From Octopus sinensis (lineage: Eukaryota): a stretch of 64,000 nucleotides of DNA. Below are positions 1 to 11,869 of this stretch, piece by piece. The position numbers and the translations under genes were made by a program. How positions within the stretch are numbered: the stretch's first letter is position 1; each line of letters opens with the position of its first letter. The notes under the pieces are model-generated. The model saw only the letters and a program-made list of their open reading frames with translations, was not told where the DNA came from and did not search any database. Location of the stretch: assembly GCF_006345805.1 (NCBI RefSeq), contig NC_043007.1, forward strand, positions 65,038,001 to 65,102,000, read 5' to 3'.

Positions 1-580
1 GACATTTCGTTTTTCTTCTTTCTGTTTTTCATGTTCATTGATGTAGCTGTTGTTTTTTGTTGACGTTGTTTCGGTCTTTTCCATTTGTATTATTTTCGTC
101 GCTATTGTTGATATTACTGACATTGTTAATGGTGTTCCTACATTCTCTATTAACAGGCTGTAGTCAATATACCTACGTATGAAAATATATATATGGACAT
201 CAGTCTGACTCATTACTGAAGACGATCGTGCTGTATTTTTTAGGAACTTGTTAACAGAGTTAAGAAATGGCTGTAATGAATAAAAGGTTAAACTGATGTT
301 ATTTACTTTTGTATTTCTTTTTGTGATGTTACACGCACGCACGCACACATACACGCGCGCGTATGTGTATGTCTTTATAATATGTAGTTTTACAGCTAAT
401 GTACTAAATATATGTATATATACTGTAATGTAGAGTACGACAATTGTTATTACATTAAACAAGTAATCCTGTACAAAAATCTTAATGTTTACATTCTATA
501 CAATTATGCGATAAGCACTCCCTGACATCAAAATTTGCTTACAAAAATTTCGCTCCTCACCCACAGTAACAACATTTAAG

Positions 581-715
581 TTAACGATGTCAAAATCGAG
601 ATAGACATCGACGTAATTCAAACTCTAGTTGATAAGACGAAGGCTAACGATGCTGAATTTGAAATTGATGTTTGCGCGATTGAGGTTGATTATAGCGAAT
701 CTAAGAAGATATCTT
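581..715 (+). CDS. Candidate internal coding exon of an unidentified host gene
   Basis: TTTAAG| acceptor, |GTATGT donor, 135 nt, phase 1-1, open frame xNDVKIEIDIDVIQTLVDKTKANDAEFEIDVCAIEVDYSESKKIS with RNY-rich codons. No homology recognised. Confidence 0.35.
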
Positions 716-759
716 GTATGTTTCATCGCCTTCCATTGCCGGGAAGCATAAACAGCCTT

Positions 760-2175
760 TATCTGTCTGGTGGCTGTAGCGAAAGATGTTGTGGTGGACT
801 AAACTGGAAGAGGGATTTGGTCTACATATTTGTTTGCTTCTTTTGATATCATTCAAAGTACCCCAATAACAATAGATAACGTTGTTGATTTGAGATACCA
901 TATTTTTCTGACTTCTATCTGCAGTCCTTTGCTCAATTTCTCAATTTCAGAAATGTGCTTTTATCAGCCGGGGCTGCAACATCCATCAAATGACATGTCT
1001 TTTTAACATGATTTTTCACAATGATGTCTGGACAGTTAGCCTGAATCTGTTGATCAATCTAAATACTGAAATTCCAGTGGATGGTAACTTCATTTTGGAC
1101 AACTTGTGGCTGTTTGAATGGGCATACTGGCTAGTGTATATACTGAACTGTTCTGTCATGTTGCAAAGACACTGTTTATGTCAGTCGGTTGCATTACAAA
1201 ATTATGTAGTCGTTTTCTCTGGATGTTATCTGCATACGGAACACGATGAGCCTCTTTCATATTTCAGTACATTACACTTGCAGGAAGTCACTGTTTGTGA
1301 GCAGCAATAATACACTCCTTAGTCATCCGCTTGAGAGTAATTCATGCCAGCCACTGATGAGTATAGATGCCTATATCAGAATTCAAGGCTCAAATCAGGT
1401 ATTTACCATGCAGTGATTTTTGCTTCAGTTTCTTCCTAGTGTACTGGAGGCTTTTCGATTATATATTTTTTGTTTCTGTTGGTGACGCATTTTCTTCGGG
1501 TACTGGTTCATCTAACCGCATTTAGCCAAGGGTCTATTATTGCATGTTAGTGAGTGTAACCTTTTGGTATCTTCGTGCTTCAGAAATATTTAATATCCAG
1601 TCGTTTATTTGCTTGTTGCAGGCAAACAGAAAGTTCCGTAATTGTAATTTTCAATGAGAGTGGCGATTGAATTAACCCCCAACAGCCTTCTTTTCTCGGA
1701 AGGTGTAATAGATCGAAGTCTGCTTTTGGGTGATGCATTGCCAGTAGCTTTTGGATTTTGACATTAACTTTCTCCATCTCAGTGATGGACCAGTAAATAA
1801 TACTGAATCTGAATGTGATTACAGGCAAGGCTAACTTGTTTATGGCCCTGGTTTTGTTTCTGGCATTCAACTCAATTTATGACTGCGTATGGTTCTAATT
1901 ATTTTGTTCAAGTATCTCTATTGTAGGTGATATTGTATGTATTTCATAATTTTCTCTTCAGAAATGTAGCCTTGACGCATTTGTCAAATCCAAATTCCAT
2001 TTTGACGTCATTCTTAAATTGTTTCACTGTTTGAAGGAGTGCTTGTTGTTGATCATTTTTTCCTGCACAATGTTTCAAGTCATCCATATAGAGATGATTG
2101 ATGAGTTTATTTCATATACAGTATATCCACAATTTGTTTCGTTCAGTAGTTTACTTGGTGGAAACAGTGCTATTA
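760..2175 (-). mobile_element. Decayed R4/Dong-like (RLE-type) non-LTR retrotransposon, 3' part
   Basis: Frameshifted minus-strand translations give INH-LYMDDLK...MEFGFDKC, NARNKTRAIN...HHPKAD...LPRKEG..GLI, then PDIIVKNHVKKTCHLMDVAAP and IEV.KIW: RT thumb followed by restriction-like endonuclease motifs. Confidence 0.8.
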
Positions 2176-2190
2176 TTATTACCAATATTG

Positions 2191-3375
2191 AGGGCGGGTA
2201 GCTGGCAGAAACGTTAGCATTCCGGGCGAAATGCTTAGCGGTATTTTGTCTGTCTTTACGTTCTGAGTTCAAATTCCACCGAGATCGACTTTGCCTTTCA
2301 TCCTTTCGAGGTCGATAAATTAAGTACCAGTTGCGTACTGGAGTCGATCTAATCGACTAGCGCCCTCCCACCAAAATTTCGGGCCTTGTGCCTAGAGTAG
2401 AAAAAATTATTATTACCAATATTATTTAGACAGTGAGTTGGAAGAATCGTTAGCGTGTTGGAAACATTGCTTAGCCGCATTCCTTCTAGTTCTTTGCATT
2501 CTGAGTTGAAACTTTCAGCGAAGTCAACTTTGCTTTTCATCCTTTTCGAGTACCAATTGAGCATTTGAGTTGATGTAATCGACTCACTTCCTCCTGTCAA
2601 AATTGCTGATCTTCTGACTAACCAGCAATTTTTATTTGCTGCAGAAGAAATAAAAATTGCCTGCGGCTTATAGATAAACGGAATGAAATCATGGGGAAAT
2701 ATGTTGTATTTTCTTAACAGTAGTATTAAGAAGTTACATAATTATGGATCTATAAAAAAATTATTACTATTATCATAATATGCAGAATGGCGGCGAGCAG
2801 GCAGAATCGCTAGCACGCCTGACAAAATGCTTAGCGGAATTCTTCACGTTCTGAGTTCAAATTCAACCGAGCTAGATTTTGTCTTTCATCATTTCGGGAT
2901 CGATTAAATAATATTGGGTCGATGTAAACCGACTACCACCCTGTCCTGAAATTTAAGGCCTTGTGCTCATAGTAGAAAGATTTATTATAGCTTGTAGAAA
3001 AGCGGTGAGCTGGCAGAATCGTGTGAGACAAAATGCTTAGCATTTCTTCCAGTTTTTTATGCTCTGCCTTCAAATTCCGCCGAGGATAGTTTTGCCTTTC
3101 AACCTTTCGTCGTCCATAAAATAAGTACCAGCGAAGTACTGGAGTTCATGCAATTACCTTTCTCACTCAAAATTGCTGACCTTGTGCCAAAATTTGAAAT
3201 CATCATTATAACATGCTGAAGAGAATAATTAGCAGAATTGATAAAACATTAAAAGAAAAAAGAATTTCATGTGCTATTTAGTTACGTACTTTTATGATCT
3301 GAGTTCAACACGCGCTGTGATAGTCATTACATTTTATTGACCTGAGGTCTGATAAAATAAATACCAGTTAAGGTT
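2191..3375 (+). mobile_element. Head-to-tail cluster of about five tRNA-derived SINE family A copies
   Basis: Repeated GAGCTGGCAGAATCGTTAGC (A-box) ... GAGTTCAAATTCC (B-box) ... CTTTGCCTTTCATCCTTTCG.GGTCGATAAA..AAGTACCAG ... GGCCTTGTGCC and (ATT)n tails, starting near 2191, 2428, 2788, 3000 and 3235. Confidence 0.85.
2621..2752. repeat. About 130-bp interspersed repeat, inverted copy of 8116-8249
   Basis: ACCAGCAATTTTTATTTGCTGCAG...TAGTATTAAGAAGTTACATAATTATGGATCTAT is the reverse complement of 8116-8249 at high identity. Confidence 0.8.
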
Positions 3376-3547
3376 CAGATTTATGTCTCTATTAGAAACA
3401 CACAAGCTGATATAGTTATAAGAGTGTGTGTTTGTGTGCGTGTGTGTGTTTGTGTTTGTGTTTGTGTTCGTGTGTGTGTGTGTGTGTTTGTGTGTTTGTG
3501 TGTATGCACGTGCATGTCTGCTCCAAAAACAAACTGTTTCACTGAGA

Positions 3548-4277
3548 ACCTACAATGGTTACTTTATATGTTAGAAATAGCAGCCAAATATTCACCGTAT
3601 CACACCTCACCCTCTTCAAAAAGAAAAGATACAGTGGACAATATACAAAAAATGAAATGGTCACAGCTAGACGCCTGATCACACGTTGCTAAAGTCATTC
3701 AGAACATCTCTAAAAATACCGAGATGTAATAACATTAATTATGACGATCGACGCTGAGGATGTATACATAAATAACTATGGAGTGAAACAGAAAAAGGAA
3801 AATGGCATAATAATGAACGATGCCATTGTCTTTGCTGAAGCATGGTGTATATGATGTGGTTCATAGCGGACATGAAGCACTTGGAAGACGATGCGAGGTT
3901 ACACAGTGTGTTCAACAAATAATTATTACAATACTCTGAGAACACAGAGCAGAGGCATTTAGAATATAATTTATTAAGAATGATATTTGATTATGTCGGC
4001 AACATCAGTACTCATTTCTTTGATACAACATTTTGCTTTCTGAATTTACCCAAATGAAACATAATTAATATTATTACATCTCCGTATTTTTAGAGACGTT
4101 CTGAATGATTTTAGCAAAGTGTGATCAAGCGAACAAATGACAAACAACGTTTAGCTGTAACCACTCCATTATTTTTTGTATATTGTCCACTGTGTCCTTT
4201 CTTTTTTTAAGAGGGTAAGTCGTGATATAGTGGATATTTAGCTTCTATTTCTAACACATCAAATAATCATTGTAGGT
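3548..4277. mobile_element. MITE-like element with about 200-bp imperfect terminal inverted repeats
   Basis: 3548-3740 is the diverged reverse complement of 4061-4277 (e.g. CATTCAGAACATCTCTAAAAATAC / GTATTTTTAGAGACGTTCTGAATG), with a ~320-bp interior. Confidence 0.7.
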
Positions 4278-4315
4278 CTTCTTAGCGAGATATTTTACTT
4301 TCTTCTTGAATCAGA

Positions 4316-4317
4316 CA

Positions 4318-4409
<92 letters not shown>

Positions 4410-4419
4410 TGCACGCACG

Positions 4420-4445
<26 letters not shown>
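4316..4445. repeat. (GCAC)n/(CA)n microsatellite
   Basis: Direct reading of the sequence. Confidence 0.95.
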
Positions 4446-4450
<5 letters not shown>

Positions 4451-5188
4451 TCTTATATCTATATCACGATCTCTACACAACTACATGATATGAAAGAGGA
4501 AAGGCTGCCAAATACTCTAATTTTGCTATCTTGAAAAGGAAGGGTATATTGGATAGCGTAGTCTTAGACACCGGCTTAAAAACAGAGCAAATATAGACGA
4601 GATGGTCACTTGTAGAACGCCTTTGCTCATTTATTGGCTGAATAAGATCTCACTCAGTGCATAACAACAACAACGACGACAACAATAAGAATGATAATGA
4701 CTTTGTAGATGAGGAGGGAATAAAATACCGAAAGAACTCACCAACAAGATGAAGAAGCGATATAGAAAAAGGAGAAGAATTACAAGAAAAATGAAAAATA
4801 GAGAAAAGAAAAGAAAAAATATAATAGAGTAACAAGAACTAATATTATTGAAACAATGGTTTTGCAAGCAGCTAAATTATTGATCATATTTTCGTGAGAC
4901 GCAATAACATATTTCATTGACCGTTATTAGTGCGATGAACGCCAGCTTGCCTAAATTTTAACTAGATCGTTTCATCCACCGAGGTAACACTGCCTGCTGT
5001 ATGTCTCTCAATTAATATATTTATGAAGATTAACACCCAACCAGATTATTTCAGAATTGTGCTATTTACATATCATAGCATAGAACTACAACAAAGAGTC
5101 TGGTGTTTACAGACATGAATGAACGTGCGACTCATTTGCTAGTACTCCCTGTTTTTTGTGGTCATTTTCAGAGTAAACCGCCTCCGAG

Positions 5189-5232
<44 letters not shown>

Positions 5233-5234
5233 AG

Positions 5235-5990
5235 TTATCTATAATAATGTTCTATTCTTTCAGACATTAAAGCTAAGTCAGCATAATCTGCATTTGTGAG
5301 AAACACTGCAGGATGTCTCTTGCTGTATACTTTTTGCAGTTTAAAGCCGATATTGCTTCTCTCATCATATAGCCCAGTGCTATTATGAATATGAAGGGAG
5401 CAAGGGTGTTACCTTCAAGTATTCCTGACAAACTATTTTTGCTGTGAGTTGAGTCGTATGCTTCACAGATGGGCTTAGATACAAATGAGGACATAACGAA
5501 GTATATGGTTTACAACCAAGCAGATAGCTACCTAATAAAATGAAACGGTACAAGGTGGTAAAATAGATAATTTCAAATATCTGGGCTCGTGGATTGATAG
5601 AAGTGAGAAGGATATTAAGATTCGCATTGCTAAAGCATGACCAGCTCTGTCAAAGATGGACACAATTTGGAAATCCAATATAAACAGAGAGCTTCACATT
5701 AACTACTTTCGAACAATAATAGAAACTCTTATACGGCTGCACAACATGAACTCTAATGCACTGTAAATAAATCTAGATGGAACGTTCCCAAGACGTCTGA
5801 GAGTTGCACCTTACATCAAATAGCAGTCCCACACAACATACCAGGTTCTTTATGGTAATCTTCCAAGAGTTATCACACTGCAATGGAAATTCTGTGGACA
5901 CTGCTTTCGTAGCAAGGATAAAGTAATGTGTCAAATGTTTATGCTGCACCAACTGACGATAAGCGACCTAGGGGTCGCACTGGTAGAATA
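5235..5990. mobile_element. RTE-clade LINE fragment with inverted 5' segment (5235-5495 minus, 5497-5990 plus)
   Basis: Minus: GILEGNTLAPFIFIIALGYMMR...ADYADLAL (RT QG and YADD region). Plus: TKYMVYN...DNFKYLGSWID..EKDIKIRIAKA...LYGC...LDGT...LYGNLPR...FCGHCFRS. Confidence 0.8.
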
Positions 5991-6609
5991 TTTATTAACC
6001 AATCAGTTACCAACCAAAAGCAGCAATGCGGGAGAGGGAATTCTGTAGACAAGTGGTTGATGGTATTTGTCTGCGGACTCCGTGGTATATAGGTATATTA
6101 GAATGTCATGGTCGGAATGTTTTGGCATTCCAAATTATTTTGATGAAATTATTGAGGTGCAAAGAGTTTTTTAATCGTGATCAACATATCGATAGCAATA
6201 TTTTCAATGTATTTCATTTTGTTGAATCCGTAGCAAGGAGGCGCTGAAGAACTGTGTAAGAGAGCGCTGTGTTTAATCAAACGTAATACGTATATATAAT
6301 TATTTAACGCTCGGAGGATGTGAGAATTTATAGAGTAAGTCCTAGGCTCAACGAGATGCGGTACTTTGTTTACTTCGTGGTTTACTCTGATTTTCAGCCA
6401 TTCGGAGATAGAAAGGATAAAAACAAGTGTAAAAAGCTGGAGGTAATTTCAACGATTTGTAACATTATTTGGTGGGTCTCTGTTGTTTCATGATCAGGAT
6501 CCTGTTCTTTAATCAGCTGAATCTCCTGCTGTTAAATTAGTGTGAAAGTGTCTGACCATTTCACACACATTTAGCATAATTCTCAGGCAGAATCAATGTG
6601 TCACTAGGT

Positions 6610-6800
6610 TTGAATTACATGTATGATCCATCCGACGGGTTTCTATACAGTTTCTATTCACCCAGTTTCATTCACAAAGTATTGATCGACTTGAGACTAT
6701 AGAAATTGGCATTTGTCCCAGATCTTACAAAGTCGGATCGAACCTGAAAACTCGTGGTTGAGAAGCAAATGTCCAAACCAGTCAGCAATACTGAGTGCAG
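6610..6800 (-). mobile_element. Diverged CORE-type SINE (family B variant)
   Basis: Reverse complement of head GCTTCTCAACCACGAG...TTCGATCC...GGGACAAATG...CTATAGTCTC. Confidence 0.6.
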
Positions 6801-7526
6801 TGTGGCTTTGTACCGGAATCAGAGCACAAAAAGCGAAGTCAAAAGAAAAACCGCAAGGCATGTTTTCTAACGCTCTGTCGTTCCTGCCCGGTCACTGTCT
6901 TATGAATGAGTAAATAATAAAAATGAAATAGTTCATTAACTTGACGAGTTTTTTGTAAAAAGTTTTAAACCTTTCATTGAAGATTTTTGTTGTTAATTTC
7001 AATTTGTTGTTCAATCAACTGAAAAATGTTCGCCTGAATCAACATGTTAGTGAGCGAGCATTCCACCAAGTTTAAAATTCAAACGAACTTATGATCTAGG
7101 GCACTCCATTCATGAACTTTTTATCATATTTTTAGATATGATATATATCTACAACTATGTTATCATGTATTTTTTTAATGACAATATAATTTGAGAGAGA
7201 TTTGACTCATGTTTTCAAACGTAAGTACTCCAATTTTCACACAAGTCGTCAAATACAAATCATCATGACAGAACTCTCATCATATCAAGTTATTTTATAC
7301 AAGTGACACATTTGATAAGAAAAACCTAACATTAAGTGTAAAGTACATCTCTTCAATCTAAAGATTTCATGTCATGAAGAGGTGCGATAAATATTTTTCT
7401 GGTGTTTAAACTTGACAGCTACGAGAGGTGATGTAAAATAATATACCTTCCTTGGAGAAATATCAAAAATACTTTGCTAGACTCGAAATCTCAAAGTAAG
7501 GACTGGTACTCTGAATATTAATCAGG

Positions 7527-7800
7527 TAAGCACAGTATGGCCGAATGGTTAAAAAAATTGGCTTCGCAACTATTATGTCCCAGATTCGATCCGACTGCAT
7601 TGCATTTTCGGCAAATTTCATTTTCTTTTAAATTCAGCTGGACCCATACGTTATGCATGAAACTGGGGACACGGGAAATGTATAGAAGTTCGTAGGGTAG
7701 ATTGTATCCTTAATTCAAAAGGCTTAACCGTGTCACATTTTGTCATGCTGATTCTGTTTGGCAACAAAGTGAATTTTATACGTGTAAGTAGAATGCTCGG
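7527..7800 (+). mobile_element. Diverged CORE-type SINE
   Basis: TGGCCGAATGGTTAA A-box, GATTCGATCC B-box and a degenerate GGCAA core. Confidence 0.55.
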
Positions 7801-8115
7801 CCATTTACACGATAATTCATGTGGACGTTTTTCAGTTGATTGAGCAACTGAATTTTCACCGTCAAACGACCGAGATCCACATTTATTAATAATAACTTAG
7901 TAAATTCACAAATAAATTGAAACCTAATAACTATGAAACGAAATTAGCAGATTATATGGATTCAAGGTAAATTCACTGATATTCAAGCAAATATAACCAT
8001 TGTTCTTACATCCCATTCGGACGAATTCTAAAGTAGACTAAATGAAGCCTTTACAATATTTTATGATATCCAAGGGAATTAGAAAGACATTTCTCCTGCA
8101 CAAACCTTATGATTT

Positions 8116-8249
8116 CATAGATCCATAATTATCTAAGTTCTTAATACTACTGTTAAGAAAATACAACATATTTCCCCATGATTTCATTCCGTTTATCTAT
8201 AAGCCGCAGATAATTTTTATTTCTACTGCAGCAAATAAAAATTGCTGGT
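8116..8249. repeat. About 130-bp interspersed repeat, inverted copy of 2621-2752
   Basis: Reverse-complement match read directly. Confidence 0.8.
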
Positions 8250-9199
8250 AATTTTTTTGTTCTGACGCACAGAAATGGGAATAGGAACAAGAACACAGAT
8301 ACACACACACACAAGATATGCAACTGCATCAAAGAATATAATAATCCGTTCTGTTAGAAATAACTCGTAAATACTATAAAAATAACATAGTTACACTCTC
8401 ATATGGCTGTTTCGATACGCCAAATTTATATAATATAGAAAGTAGATGAAATCTATCTCCTGGCCTATACTCAATAATTTGTATTTCTTATTTGTAAACC
8501 AATATCTTCTTCAATGAGAGAAATAAAAATTTTGCACATTGGCACTCATCCACAAATTTGTGAGGGTGAATGGTGTAGCTAATTGAATTGATATGAGTTT
8601 ATTACTAATATTAATTTTGCATACCTCAAGGGTAATAAGATGTTAAATCAGCTGCAGCAAGATTTGAACCTACAATGCAGAGAAACGAAGCTAACTAATA
8701 TATAGTATTAAATACTAATCTCTAACGATTCGACCAGAGCTTGTTGCTTTTTCAGAAGATAAAGATGTTGATTTATAATATTGGTAAAATGCCAGACGTT
8801 TTGGCAAAATAGTAGTCTATTGAATTTATCATACTTTTGCAACTAGTGTATTAGTCGACCTGTAAAATAGGTGGCCAAATCTCTTGGAAACCATATACTA
8901 AAGTATTTAAAAAAAGGAAAGACATATTGGATATGTGCCTAAAAGGAAGATGGGATGGTCGTAACTGCAACTCACTCAGTCAAAGGATTGATTGCTCAGG
9001 GTTGACATCCGGTTACACAATGCTTTACTGAAATCCGCCATGAAATCAACTTTGTCGGGATTTGAACTACGAAAGTAAAAAGACGTGATTAATTAACCAC
9101 GAAGTTTTGTCCAATGCTCTATCGGTTCTGCCACCTACCGCTCTTCCAAATGTAAAAATATTATTAAAAAAATGTTTTTCTTTATTAAAATTAGCAGCA

Positions 9200-10304
9200 C
9201 TCGAAAAAGTTCCACCTTTTATACATATTTTATTTTTCATTTGATTCATAAGTTTATAGATCTTAAACACATCGCTTCATTATGTCTACGATTGCAATTC
9301 CGTTCCATAGTTAAGCTTGTTTAAAGCGTAACTCGAGCACATATGTTGCGATGAGCAGAAGGTTTCTTTAGACTTTGTCTTTTAGGTATCCCCATAAAAA
9401 AGGCTAGACGTGTGAGGTCTAGTGAACGCGGAGGGTTTTCAACGAAGCTCTTTCGTCTAATCCACCTGTTTGGCAGGATCTCACCAAGGAAGGATATAAC
9501 ATAGCGACGGTAGTGTGGAGGTGCCCAATCTTGTTGAAAATAAAACTCCTCATCTTCAGTCTTCTCTAATGCTTGGCATGACAGACTGTAGCAGCAAGTT
9601 CAAGTAGACGGGACCAGTCACAGTAGTAAATTAACATGGTAAATTAACACGGTGTTCCACTATAACATGCAGATTCTCAGGTCCCCAGTGGGTGCAATTA
9701 TGGCAGTTAATTGAACAATTTAATTTGAATGTTACTACATCACTCTACACAATCTTTGCTGGAAAGTGTGCATCTTCTACACATCGTGCTAAGTACCACT
9801 CGCAATACTGCACTCTTTGGTCTGGATTATAGTCATAAAACGCATGGACTAATCTTGGAACGTAACTTTTCCATTGACAACTCTTCAGAATGCGTTGTAC
9901 CGACGATTTTTGAATACCTACCTCATGACTCGCTTGTCGCACAGATTGTCTTGGACTTTGGTGATTCGTTTCTAGTACTCCTTGATTTGTTGAGGTTGTT
10001 GATATTAGTGGTCTTCTGGAATGCTTCTCGTGGACATTCTGAGTTGTTCCATGAGCTTCAAACTTATCTCTAATTCAAGTGATGGTGAGTCGCATTGGTG
10101 GATCAGTTTGAACCTCCATCCTAAACTGTCTTTGCACTTCAACTACATTTTCACACTTCCAGTAGCATTTTAGAATGAATTTCCTTTGTTCAAAGCTTAG
10201 TCTGACTGTCATCATTAATTCCACTGGGTTTCATCTGGAAAGAGAAAAAACATCAATTGAGTTATCAGCTGCTAAAGTGTGTATACATTTGTTGGGACAA
10301 CCTG
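9200..10304 (-). mobile_element. maT (DD37D) Tc1/mariner-superfamily transposon, decayed
   Basis: MTVRLSFEQRKFILKCYWKCENVVEVQRQF...[19 protein letters not shown]...IV*SD..TFKLN...FYFQQD.APPHY...LPNRWI...FLWGYLKDKV. The 5' TIR reads TA|CAGGTTGTCCC at 10304; there is an internal deletion. Confidence 0.85.
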
Positions 10305-11201
10305 TATTTATATCGTATATACGATGAAAAGGGGAAAATTTCCAATAGAATATCAACATATTCTCTTAAGAAAAACGTGATATTTCAAAACTTCAAAGTC
10401 CACACGCAGAATCCCCTTCTCTCCCTTTTAAAGAATATTTATTTAAATAGATTAAATTTTTCTGCCTCTTCAGCAAAGCTTATTCTCCGAAGGACTCAGG
10501 ATCTTGTTTTTGAAAGCAATCTTATATTAAGCGACATTGTGTTTGATGTATATTTTCCGTCTTCCAACTCCGTTAGTAACACGCGAAGTGTTGTTCTATA
10601 AGCGGAATCAGAAGTAAGAATGACAAAATACATTATTTAAAATCCCATTCTCGTTCCTTAAGTTACCAACATTGCCAACGATGAAGGTAAAAGAAAGCGG
10701 TTTACTCCCATGAACGAAGTAAATAATCTATAGCTAAATGAGCGACTAATTTATAGCGTTCCCATCAGGCCTGAATACTGAATACTGGTGTAAAAATGTC
10801 AAAGAATATTTTGAGATATCAAATAACAATACCTTGAAAAGATTTCAAATTGGTTTTGAATAATTGAAGTTCGAAAAAAGCCTACATCTTTCCGTTTAAA
10901 ACAATGCATAAAGATAATTACAGCAAGTCACTGACCGTAATGTAAAGTTTACAACAAATTGCTAACGTGCAATTGTAAGACTTAAAGTGGAAGCCATTGT
11001 CTTACACGATGGAGATTGGTAGAGATCTTAGTGTCAGGAAAAAAAGAAACTCTCGGCGTTATTTGCTGCATTTTTACGTTTTGAGTTAAAACCCTGCTGG
11101 GTCCAGCTCGATGAAATAAAGAGCCAGCCGAGAACTGGAGTCGAGATGATCGAATGTGTCTTCGTGCTAATGTTAGAAGAAACAAAAACAACAACAATCA
11201 C

Positions 11202-11224
11202 TACTACTACTACTACTACTACTG

Positions 11225-11288
<64 letters not shown>

Positions 11289-11319
11289 CACCACCACCAC
11301 CATCACCACCACCACCACC

Positions 11320-11396
<77 letters not shown>
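11202..11396. repeat. Compound (CTA)n/(CAC)n trinucleotide repeat
   Basis: Direct reading; it is the source of the poly-T, poly-V, poly-Y and poly-H ORFs. Confidence 0.95.
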
Positions 11397-11869
11397 CATT
11401 CTTCTTGATTTCTTTGTTGTTTTAGAGGTGGTGATAACACCAGGAATACAACTAACATTACAAACACGAACAAAACTCCGTTCACACCCAAACGTAAAAC
11501 AACAGCGAAGAAGCATTATAAATTAAATAACTAACATTGCAAAAACTTAATGAAACATATACCTCAACACACAAACACTACTGAAATCAATTTCATCACA
11601 CCAGAAAAATAACACACCAACACATAAAGAGCATCCAAACTACACGAACACCATAAAAATACACAACCCGACAGAATAGGAGTCTGCAAAGGGAAGATCA
11701 ATAAAAGACTATACAAAGAATGCTCGCAAAAACACCCACAACTAACCAGAGGGATGGAAGATTCCACCCTTCCACAATTAATGGAATGTAAGTAGGTCTA
11801 TATCATTTTTTTTTCATTCTATCAAAGTTACCCTTTTTAAGAATAGGCGATGTAAATCCACGTAGCTTG

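Noticed and set aside
1351-1385. CTGATGA followed by a hairpin
   Set aside because: There is no GAAA or stem III, and it lies antisense to R4-like coding sequence, so it is a chance match.
6398-7525. Two 45-nt phase 0-0 exon-like segments (6398-6442, 7481-7525)
   Set aside because: They are short enough to arise by chance, their phase does not fit the 581-715 candidate, and the second donor is part of a SINE flank.
10982-11197. RSSRLQFSAG resembles the histone H2A N-terminus
   Set aside because: The similarity covers under 10 residues, and no histone fold follows.
11034-11526. Mucin-like poly-Thr ORF and opposite poly-Val ORF
   Set aside because: A pure trinucleotide repeat is open in several frames on both strands.
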